From assembly GCA_963663475.2 (NCBI GenBank), contig CAXXJV010000002.1:339211-403210 (forward strand): 64,000 bases of DNA, written 5' to 3'. A model generated the notes under the pieces. The model was given only the letters and a program-made list of their open reading frames with translations. It did no database searches and was not told the origin of the DNA. The translations under genes and the position numbers were made by a program. Positions 50,159 through 58,127 of this stretch are shown here, one piece after another. Every line of letters begins with the position of its first letter. Within the stretch, counting starts at the first letter, position 1. The stretch comes from Candidatus Cloacimonadales bacterium. GTDB taxonomy: Bacteria; Cloacimonadota; Cloacimonadia; Cloacimonadales; JAFGVF01.

Positions 50159-51308
50159 TTGAATCTCCTTTCTTATCTAGTGTTTTTTCTGGATTATTAA
50201 CTAAGTCTCCTGCTCTATAGAAAGATTTATCACTAAGTTTCCCATCAGGATCATAGCTAGTAAGAAAGCCTTCCTTTAAGTTATTCTTATAGCTTGCTTT
50301 TAGCCTTATTTTACCATCTATGTGATACTTAATATAATCTCCATTGAGTAAACCATGTTGGTAGTTTTTCTTACTTTTTAAATTTCCATTGCCAAAATAC
50401 TCTAAACATTCACCTTGCTTCTTGCCAAAGTGATAGAAGGTCACAAAATGCTTATTACCAGCAGGATAGAAAATCTCTTCTTTCCCATGTTTTTCATCAT
50501 CAACATAACTTAGTCTTTTCCAAAGTATGCCATCTGAATAATACCAAAGCCAAAGGCCTACTTGCTTATCTCCGTGGTATGCTCCAACTAGCTTTTCTCT
50601 TCCATTTTCATAATATTCAATGTAAGACCCATCTTTTACGGAAACCTTGTATTTTCTTGTCCTTCCCATGTTACCACTATTATTATAATGTGGAAGCACT
50701 TCTGTTCTTTCCACAAGTTTATAATTTTCTTCAACTATTGCTAATCCATTCTCTTGGTATCTTTTATGTTGGCCTGCAAGTAGGCCTTCTCTTATATCTG
50801 AAAGCTCTTTAAGCTGACCATTAGGATAGAAGTATTCATGCAAACCATCTTCTATATCATTAATATAAGCTGTCCTTAGCTTAACTTGACCATCCTCGTA
50901 GTAACTTGTAAAATTTCCATTTTTCATATCATTAGCATAATTTGCTTGAATTTTAAGCTGACTATTAGGGTAAAATTCTTGGTAGTTCCCATATAATTTA
51001 GCATTTGAATACTTACAATTTAGCTTCATAAAGCCATTCTCAAAATATTCTACATAATTACCATCTTTGTTATTATTACTATAATTAGCCTGTCTTTTAA
51101 GTTTTCCTTGAGAATTATACTCTTCTAAAAGTCCATCTAAACAACCGGACTCATAATGAGCTTTTAAGATAATTGTTCCCTTTTCATCATAACAAAGATG
51201 CTCACCATGTAATAAGTTATTCTTACGATTATAGGTCATTTTAATCTTTCCACTAGGATAATAAGTAACTATTTCTTTAACGTCTTCAACACTTTCAGTA
51301 AAATTCAT
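50148..51308 (-). CDS. MORN-variant repeat protein (YwqK-like)
   Basis: Repeated G.Y.EYY.NG.LK motif. Confidence 0.88.
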   Translation of the reverse strand: MNFTESVEDVKEIVTYYPSGKIKMTYNRKNNLLHGEHLCYDEKGTIILKAHYESGCLDGLLEEYNSQGKLKRQANYSNNNKDGNYVEYFENGFMKLNCKYSNAKLYGNYQEFYPNSQLKIQANYANDMKNGNFTSYYEDGQVKLRTAYINDIEDGLHEYFYPNGQLKELSDIREGLLAGQHKRYQENGLAIVEENYKLVERTEVLPHYNNSGNMGRTRKYKVSVKDGSYIEYYENGREKLVGAYHGDKQVGLWLWYYSDGILWKRLSYVDDEKHGKEEIFYPAGNKHFVTFYHFGKKQGECLEYFGNGNLKSKKNYQHGLLNGDYIKYHIDGKIRLKASYKNNLKEGFLTSYDPDGKLSDKSFYRAGDLVNNPEKTLDKKGDSSDK

Positions 51309-51330
51309 ATCAATACTCCTTGTTTATCGC

Positions 51331-52062
51331 TTATACTACATTTTCGCTAATTTCATTTATACCTAAATTAGCAAACCTAATAATTGTTTTATAACATTCT
51401 TCTAAATCTTCATAAATAACATATTCATTAGGGGTGTGCTGGTAATAATATCCTATTGATAGGACAATAGGTGATTTCTTATACTTGTCAGCTAGTACAA
51501 CTACATCAGTAAAATAACCTCTAGTAACTTCTTTATCAGCAAAATTACACATAATACTATCAATTAAACTTGTCTCAGTATTATTATAAATAGCTATATA
51601 GTCCCTGGCATAACAATCTAAGCCTATCAAGTAGGATACATTATTACCAATAATACTTTGGTAAGGCATATTACGGGCACCAACACCACCAATTTCTTCT
51701 AAATCAAAAATTGCAAATATAAACTTATCCCAAGCATCAGATCTCATAATCTGAGAAATTAAATAACAGCCATTACGGCAATCACCACCAATACCAACCA
51801 TTTGGTCAGCTGAACTTATCTTTGTACCAAATTCACTCTTTTCAATTTTAAAATCAAAAGGTTGAGCTAAAAATACAGTATCACTATGGGCAGTTATTAA
51901 AGGCAGTTTATCAGTTAATAAGTCTAAGGTCTTAGGTATGTAAAGCTTAAAAAGTTCACCTTCAATTGTTTCATACTTCTTGTTAATCTCAATACCATCT
52001 TCAATTAATCTCAAAACATCACCATGCTTCTTAGCTCTGTAAAAATTCAATAAGTCTTGCAT
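51331..52062 (-). CDS. M28/M20-like zinc hydrolase, copy 2 (intact HSD)
   Basis: AHSDTV, GGDCRNG, LEEIG, IGYYYQHTPNE. Confidence 0.78.
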   Translation of the reverse strand: MQDLLNFYRAKKHGDVLRLIEDGIEINKKYETIEGELFKLYIPKTLDLLTDKLPLITAHSDTVFLAQPFDFKIEKSEFGTKISSADQMVGIGGDCRNGCYLISQIMRSDAWDKFIFAIFDLEEIGGVGARNMPYQSIIGNNVSYLIGLDCYARDYIAIYNNTETSLIDSIMCNFADKEVTRGYFTDVVVLADKYKKSPIVLSIGYYYQHTPNEYVIYEDLEECYKTIIRFANLGINEISENVV

Positions 52063-52107
52063 AATAACTCCTTAAGCTCTTCAAACCACTTATCCTAAAA
52101 TGTTAAT

Positions 52108-52446
52108 CTAAATCTTTATAACTTTAATCTCTTTACCTAACTCATTAGCAATTTGCAAGGAAGAAGCAGTTCCCCTTGATTTACCATCCCAAAAGGCTAT
52201 ACAAATATCACAATTTCTAATTATCTCCTTGTTTCTAATTATTCCACTGCTTCTACCGTATTTTGCCCAATTTGGGAAAAATATCGTAATGGGTAAACCT
52301 CTCTTCCTTGCATAATCTTCTGCACAAGCATCAGCACCTTTAGCTCCACCAGAGATAATATGGGTTATTTCTACTATTTCATCTAACACCTTTGCTACCC
52401 TTTTGCAATCTTCAAAATCTCTACTTCCAATTACAGCAGCTTTCAT
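52108..52446 (-). CDS. SLOG family protein (YspA/DUF2493-like)
   Basis: VIGSRDF, IISGGAKGAD, GIIRN, AFWDGKSRGT. Confidence 0.88.
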   Translation of the reverse strand: MKAAVIGSRDFEDCKRVAKVLDEIVEITHIISGGAKGADACAEDYARKRGLPITIFFPNWAKYGRSSGIIRNKEIIRNCDICIAFWDGKSRGTASSLQIANELGKEIKVIKI

Positions 52447-52737
52447 ATTATCTCCTTTAAATAAAATATCATATAGTTATATGACAAATATTAAAGGAAG
52501 GCTTTTTTTGTCAAGGAAAATTATTTATGGGTAAAGTGAAAGTACCATATAATGGCTTTATAATAGGGTTTAGAGAAGATAAAAAATATAATGATTGAGA
52601 CGGTATCTATCCTGAGGATGATATTAAGTTTAGTGCTTAAATTTAAAAAAATTATAAAAGTAGAGCCATTTATTGAGTAGATAACAGCAGAATAGTGTCC
52701 AGTCCTAAATAATTAGACTATTTTTAGCATTTCTATA

Positions 52738-52819
52738 TCACCCTTTCAGGGTTTTTTAAATAAATATCTATCTTTCAAGGGGTTTGCACCCCTTGCTGAT
52801 AAATACCTTCCCTTCAGGA
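52738..52819. repeat. REP-like element, family B
   Basis: accctttcagggt ... caaggggtttgcaccccttgctg ... cccttcagg. Confidence 0.6.
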
Positions 52820-53101
52820 TTTAAAAGGTTTCTATGCCTACATTTTCTTTAGGAATATCGTTTCTTCCTCTTAAATTTCTGTGAAACTCTTCTTAAACTC
52901 CTTTAACTGTTAGGGGGCTTTTATTACTTCTTTCTTTTTTGTGTAATTAGTGAAATTAGTGGATAGGTTTTTTTTTTTTAACACCGTCTGGGAGTGAGCT
53001 TGAAAAATATCAGGTGCCTTTTAAGAACTGCCTAGAGAAAAACATTGACAGCAATATTGCTTTTGTTATTTTATTATATAACATTTTAAAATGAGGTGAA
53101 G

Positions 53102-53695
53102 GTGAAACTAATAGATATTGTAAAATATATAGGATCAGGGCTTGTCCTAACAAGGTATCAAACAAAGAAGGATCAAGATATAAAGGAAAAATATAGAGTC
53201 CTAACCATTAAGAGTTTAGATAATTATGGGAATATGGATGAAACTCAGTTTGAAGATTTTTCTGCTGGCAGGGAAATTCCTGACAAGTATAAAGTCCAAG
53301 CTGGGGATATTTTTATAAGAAATAGTTTTCCCTTTACAGCTGGGTTTTTCTCTGATCAGACTAAGCAAGACACACTCATTTCATCTAATTTTACAATTAT
53401 TAGGCTTGATAAGAGCAGATTTCTTCCTCAATTTATAGCAATATACCTTAACAGTCTTGCTATGAAGGATTTCTTTAACCGAGTAACCTCACCAAGTAGT
53501 ATGAAATTTATCAAGGCTGAAACTATTAAAAAGATAGAAATTGATGAGATTAGTCTAGATAAACAGAAAGAAATTGTAGGACTTTATGAACTAATGCAGA
53601 AAGATTTAAGACTTCTTAATTCAATCTATCTTAAAAAAGAATCTCTCTACCAGAAGATTATTAATAATAAAATAGGGGGTGGAGATGTTAAGTAA
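53102..53695 (+). CDS. Half-size type I R-M specificity (HsdS-like) subunit, single TRD
   Basis: VKLIDIV...GDIFI...PQFIAIYLNS...SLDKQKEIV plus a helical tail. Confidence 0.7.
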   Translation: MKLIDIVKYIGSGLVLTRYQTKKDQDIKEKYRVLTIKSLDNYGNMDETQFEDFSAGREIPDKYKVQAGDIFIRNSFPFTAGFFSDQTKQDTLISSNFTIIRLDKSRFLPQFIAIYLNSLAMKDFFNRVTSPSSMKFIKAETIKKIEIDEISLDKQKEIVGLYELMQKDLRLLNSIYLKKESLYQKIINNKIGGGDVK

Positions 53696-55133
53696 TAAAG
53701 TTTTGAAAAGTCTTAAGATATATGAAGATTTTAATGCAAAAATATCCACTTATGATAGAAGTGACAATAGTGACATCTTTTTATTTTTTACTTTCTTTGT
53801 GCTTAGGTATAAGCAATTAATTCATAATTATTATGCTGAGAAAGATAGTAAAGACGAGGATTTTGTTTTTAAAAAAGAAGAAGCTGACATGTGGGAAAAG
53901 TCTTCTAATCATGAATTTATTCTCCTAACAAACTTCAAAAAACACACTTCTCCCTCTACTTTTATCAATGTTGTTAAAAAATTATTAAAATATTATCCTG
54001 AAGTTTTAAAGAATAAAAATATTAATATCATTAAACTGATTAAAATTGGTTTGTGGGTTAATGACAAGGAAGGATACACTGCTATATTTTCTCTTAAAGA
54101 AGAGCTATTTCAGTTATTTACTGGCAGTAAGAATACTAGCTATGAAGCACTTCTCTTTAATGATGTAATTTTAGAATTAGCCAGCAGAGTTAATAGAGAG
54201 CAATTTTCAACTCATAAAGAATTAAATAGTATAGTAGCCAACCTGCTCAAAGGAAGAGGGGTGAAATCCATATATGACCCTGCATGTGGCTCTGCTTCAT
54301 TACTAGTAGAGTCAGCAGCTACTTGTGAAGAAAAAATTAAGCTTTATGGACAGGATAATGAAGAAAAGTTAATTCTCTTTGCTGAATTAAACACTATTCT
54401 TGCTGGTTTAGAGGCTGATTTTAAGGTGCAAGACTCCTTCAAGATTGATAATAGATATCATGATAAAGTTGATATGGTTATTTCAGAGCCACCCCTCTTT
54501 GCTAAGGATTTAATTAAGCTTGAGCAAGAAGTAATGAGAGAAGACCAGCAAACATATTCTCAGGAGCAAAGTCAACTTCTTAGTAGTGATGAAGTTTTTA
54601 TCTTAAATATGAGTAGAAGGTTAAAGCAAACAGGACTAATGATTTTAATTCTTCCACACAACATTCTTTATAAGGAAGGAGAAGAAAAAGTATATCGTCA
54701 GGAAATTCTAGCTCATTATAATAGTTTGGATGCTATTATTGTGCCTACTTTGAAGGATGGGAAAAGAGTCTTGAATAACTATGTTATTTCAGTATATAGT
54801 CCTGCAAGAAACAGCTACGATCCCCAGACTAAGAAAATTAAGAAACTTACTACTGATATTATGATGATAAATGATATTAATGGAAATGAGTTAACACCTG
54901 AATCAATTGCTGATATCTATCGGAATAGACAAGAAATTCCTGGACTTTCAAGAATAGTCTCTCAAGAGGAAATTCTTGCTAATGATTATAATTTAAACAC
55001 CTCTCTCTATCTTCATCAGGAAAGAGATATGGAAGGTTCTATCCCTGAGATGTTAGCTGAAATTAACCTTCTGGAGCAAGAGCAAAAAAAAGTGCAATCT
55101 CAGTTAGAGACTGCACTAAAATATTTATCTTAA
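53685..55133 (+). CDS. HsdM-like N6-adenine methyltransferase with an altered catalytic motif
   Basis: IYDPACGSASLL motif I, LYGQD, ISEPPL where NPP(F/Y) is expected, SRIVSQEEILANDYNLN tail. Confidence 0.8.
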   Translation: MLSNKVLKSLKIYEDFNAKISTYDRSDNSDIFLFFTFFVLRYKQLIHNYYAEKDSKDEDFVFKKEEADMWEKSSNHEFILLTNFKKHTSPSTFINVVKKLLKYYPEVLKNKNINIIKLIKIGLWVNDKEGYTAIFSLKEELFQLFTGSKNTSYEALLFNDVILELASRVNREQFSTHKELNSIVANLLKGRGVKSIYDPACGSASLLVESAATCEEKIKLYGQDNEEKLILFAELNTILAGLEADFKVQDSFKIDNRYHDKVDMVISEPPLFAKDLIKLEQEVMREDQQTYSQEQSQLLSSDEVFILNMSRRLKQTGLMILILPHNILYKEGEEKVYRQEILAHYNSLDAIIVPTLKDGKRVLNNYVISVYSPARNSYDPQTKKIKKLTTDIMMINDINGNELTPESIADIYRNRQEIPGLSRIVSQEEILANDYNLNTSLYLHQERDMEGSIPEMLAEINLLEQEQKKVQSQLETALKYLS

Positions 55134-56677
55134 AACTTAATATGTTTATATCTATCACTATCAATAGCTTCAAACATCAAGTCTATCGGGTTCTCATACT
55201 TCTGTTTAAGCACTATATTCATCGCATTCTGCGAGCTTCCGCTCAAAAGTAATGCTCCACTTTCATCAAACTTCACTGGGAAGTTAGATGATTTAGCATC
55301 AACATTCCAAAATACTATAACTGGTGTTGTATAACCAGCTTCAGCATATTGGCGGTTAATCATCTGCCAAGCATTATCTTCTGGGGTCATCACACATCTG
55401 TTAAACTCCATATCACTAAATATTATAATATGGGTCGGCATTTCTTCAGCAGCTACCTTACCTTGCTTAGCCTTATTTAAGACTAATTCAAAAGTAGCTT
55501 CTAAATTAGTACTCATAAGACAATCTGCATCCATGGCATTTTTTACTTTATCATATATATCCAAACCCTCAATCTTTTGGAACTGAGGTTCATTACTAAA
55601 AGTAATAAAATAGTCCCTAAAAGCTTGGTTCGGATTACGTTCTGCCATAAATAACCCTAAACCAAGGGCCATACTAAGTGGAATATTATCATTCCAAGTC
55701 ATACTTGCACTAACATCTATCACTGGCAAGGCCCTGTATTCTGCTGGCAAGTCATTTAACTCTCTTAAATTCTTCCACTGCAAATCTGCCAATTTTCTTA
55801 TTTCTTCACTCTTTTCATTTTCTTTAACTTCTTCTATAAATTCACCATTATCATCTAAGTAAAACTCTATATTATTATCAATATCACTTAACACTTCCTT
55901 TACTATGTCAAAAGGGGTTAATCTTTTAGCATTAAGCTTAGCCTCTCCTGCTTCAACTTTCTCTAAGTAAGCTTGCAGTATATCATGCCTGGCAAAAGCT
56001 TTTCTATACTGTTTTAAAGCCACAGATGGCGTCTGCTCTAAATTAATTTCCTTCCACTCATTCTTACTCATCTGCTGCTCAACCACCTTGGTTTTACCAG
56101 CAATTTCTCTGCGGTAGAGAGAGTAGCTTTTAATAAAACCATTTGCTCGCATATACTTTACTAGTCTTGCGTACTGAGAGTTTTTTCGTGGCATCCACTT
56201 AGCAACAATTCCATTAATCTCTTCATCTTGCAGCATTCTAAACAATAAATCTAAAATCTTATCTACTCTTTTATTCCTCTTCAGGTTTTTACCCAGAAGA
56301 GAGTTTGCCAAGTAAACTAAATCATCCACTCGGATGATGTTTTCTTTCAAATTCTCTTCTTTTACTAAGTTATCCAAAACCTTTTCGCTATCCTCTTTAT
56401 GGGTTAGCAAAAACTCAGTTGCTAATCTAAAAAACCTTCTCTCACCACTACCTTCTACTATGTCTCTAGCATAAAATAGTAGTTTCAAGGCAGTCTCTTT
56501 ATCAACTTCCCAAGCATTATAAACACTAAGGAGTATCTTCTCTACTTCGCTATATCTCATAGCTCCAGACTCTACAAACAAGTCAAAAAGACTATTCCCA
56601 CTAGAGGAGTGGGTCGCCATGCCGTTAAGCGTTAAATTATTATTATATTCCATAACCTTAATAAATGTATTTTCCAT
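55130..56677 (-). CDS. DUF2828-family protein (TROVE/Ro60-like helical domain + vWA domain)
   Basis: TLNG..THSSSG..LFDLF, LKLLFYARDI..GSGER, AKWMPR, VVEQQMSKNEW, DVSASM MIDAS, FITFS, FSDMEFN, VFWNV; AAGGAGG RBS. Confidence 0.85.
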   Translation of the reverse strand: MENTFIKVMEYNNNLTLNGMATHSSSGNSLFDLFVESGAMRYSEVEKILLSVYNAWEVDKETALKLLFYARDIVEGSGERRFFRLATEFLLTHKEDSEKVLDNLVKEENLKENIIRVDDLVYLANSLLGKNLKRNKRVDKILDLLFRMLQDEEINGIVAKWMPRKNSQYARLVKYMRANGFIKSYSLYRREIAGKTKVVEQQMSKNEWKEINLEQTPSVALKQYRKAFARHDILQAYLEKVEAGEAKLNAKRLTPFDIVKEVLSDIDNNIEFYLDDNGEFIEEVKENEKSEEIRKLADLQWKNLRELNDLPAEYRALPVIDVSASMTWNDNIPLSMALGLGLFMAERNPNQAFRDYFITFSNEPQFQKIEGLDIYDKVKNAMDADCLMSTNLEATFELVLNKAKQGKVAAEEMPTHIIIFSDMEFNRCVMTPEDNAWQMINRQYAEAGYTTPVIVFWNVDAKSSNFPVKFDESGALLLSGSSQNAMNIVLKQKYENPIDLMFEAIDSDRYKHIKF

Positions 56678-56724
56678 GAAGCCTCCTTATGGCTTTAAAT
56701 TGCTTTTGTCGTGTTCATAAAATT

Positions 56725-56809
56725 GGAGAAAGGTTATTCTACAAAGAAAATCTTTAATATAGTTCGAATTGTTATGAATTTTATTGCTGATTTCTTTAAC
56801 CCTTTCTCC
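56725..56809 (-). ncRNA. Structured RNA unit 1
   Basis: GGAGAAAGGGUU-AAAGAAA-UCAGCAA...UUUCUUU-GUAGAAU-AACCUUUCUCC. Confidence 0.7.
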
Positions 56810-56819
56810 TAAAAGGGAG

Positions 56820-56918
56820 AAACTAAGTTATTCTACGAAGAAGATCTGAATTATACGGGATTACCGAAACAGACATTTTATCGGAATTTTAAGATGCTGC
56901 CTTCTTCAACCTTAGTTT
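56820..56918 (-). ncRNA. Structured RNA unit 2
   Basis: AAACUAAGGUU-GAAGAAG-GCAGCA...CUUCUUC-GUAGAAU-AACUUAGUUU; compensatory changes relative to units 1 and 5. Confidence 0.7.
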
Positions 56919-57005
56919 TTTTACAATAAGTTTTACTTGACTATTATTGGAGTTACATATTAATATATTTTTTAATTTAGTAATATGGATAAATATTTTT
57001 TAAAA

Positions 57006-57083
57006 CCCAGGAAATGATAAAAAGAAAGAAAAGCCTTTTTAGTTGACGCTTATTATGACCAGATTCTTTCTACATTTCCTGGG
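57006..57083 (-). ncRNA. Sequence-divergent unit with the same bulged-helix architecture
   Basis: CCCAGGAAAUG/CAUUUCCUGGG outer stem, AGAAAGAA/UUCUUUCU inner stem, 3'-side bulge. Confidence 0.4.
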
Positions 57084-57091
57084 AAGGATTT

Positions 57092-57147
57092 ACTAAGTTA
57101 TTCTTAGAAGAATATCTTTATTACTCGATAACTCCTAAAATCTTAGT
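57092..57147 (-). ncRNA. Truncated/degenerate RNA unit 3
   Basis: actaagttattct.agaagaa half-site and cttagt closing stem; CAGC half missing. Confidence 0.4.
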
Positions 57148-57214
57148 TTTACAATGACAATAGCTTACAATAACTAGGAATACAATGAATTTGACTATGT
57201 TTAAACAAAATGAT

Positions 57215-57529
57215 TTAAAGAAAAATAGGTACTTTTACAAAGAATAACTCTCGATGAAGCTTTAACCCCAATAATGCAGTAGAATTTAAGGAAAAAGCGA
57301 ATAGCACTATCTTCTTTTGCAAAAGTAAGCTACATAATTTTCAGGAATATATATATTATATGCTTTCAAATTCTGTAACTTATTTTGCTAAAAGAATCTA
57401 GCACTCTTCATCAAAGTTCTACTGCACCATTCGGTTTAATTAATTGCTTAATAAGATTCATCTGGAAAAGCCAAGTTATCTGAATGTTTGTTTATGCTTG
57501 CTGCCTTCTTTAACCCTATTTTCCTTTAA
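57215..57529 (-). ncRNA. RNA unit 4, interrupted by a MITE
   Basis: ttaaagaaaaatagg / cctattttcctttaa outer stem; tacaaagaa and gctgccttctttaaccc half-sites. Confidence 0.6.
57265..57436. mobile_element. MITE copy 3
   Basis: accccaataatgcagtagaa / ttctactgcaccattcggtt; interior matches copies 1 and 2. Confidence 0.78.
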
Positions 57530-57542
57530 TAATCTATTAAAA

Positions 57543-57655
57543 TATGAGTGCTAAGTTATTCTACAAAGAAGTTCTGATTTACTTGATATTTATCAATACA
57601 GAATTTTATACTGAAGTTTTTTAAGAAGCTGACTTCTTTAACCCTAGCACTCATA
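57543..57655 (-). ncRNA. Structured RNA unit 5 (first transcribed)
   Basis: UAUGAGUGCUAGGGUU-AAAGAAG-UCAGC...CUUCUUU-GUAGAAU-AACUUAGCACUCAUA. Confidence 0.7.
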
Positions 57656-57740
57656 AAAATATTATTTCTTATGTTTCACTCTTGCTCACTCTATTAACTT
57701 TTTAAATATCTTTTGATGATTTAGTCATCATTCGATTTCC

Positions 57741-57768
57741 AACTTATAGAAAGCTGTAAATCTGTCAA
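57741..57768 (-). promoter_or_regulatory. Sigma70-type promoter for the RNA array and DUF2828 gene
   Basis: TTGACA-16 nt-TAAGTT; conserved in the second copy at 41884-41911. Confidence 0.6.
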
Positions 57769-58046
57769 GAGAAAAAATGAAATATAATTATATGACATAT
57801 ATATAAATATTAATAAAATACTGAAATACAATGAGATAAATATAAGAAAAAAAAGATAAAAAATTTTATATTATCTTGATTTTATGAAAAATTCTGACTC
57901 TCTCTCAAGAGATTGAGAGACTGGAACAGACCTGAGTTCCTCAACCGTAGGTAAGGGACTTCGGACTGAGAAAATGTGTCGTTCCATAAAAGTGGACTAG
58001 AAAATTAAACAAACTAGGAGCTCGAAATGGAAAGAAAAAAAGAAAA

Positions 58047-58070
58047 AGGCACAACTAAAGAGTCGTGCCT
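58047..58070 (-). terminator. Intrinsic terminator of the adhesin gene
   Basis: AGGCACGACT-CTTT-AGTTGTGCCT followed by a U-rich run on the minus strand. Confidence 0.75.
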
Positions 58071-58127
58071 ATATTTATCTCTAAGGAAAATGAGTTAATC
58101 CCATTAACCTCATAAGGTCATATGATA

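Noticed and set aside
43122-52062. Diversity-generating retroelement behind the paralogue repeats
   Set aside because: No reverse transcriptase in the window, and differences between copies are not confined to adenines.
56725-57655. CRISPR array interpretation of the repeated motifs
   Set aside because: The conserved parts are two half-sites that pair across each unit, spacing is irregular, flanks form unit-specific stems, and no cas genes are in the window.
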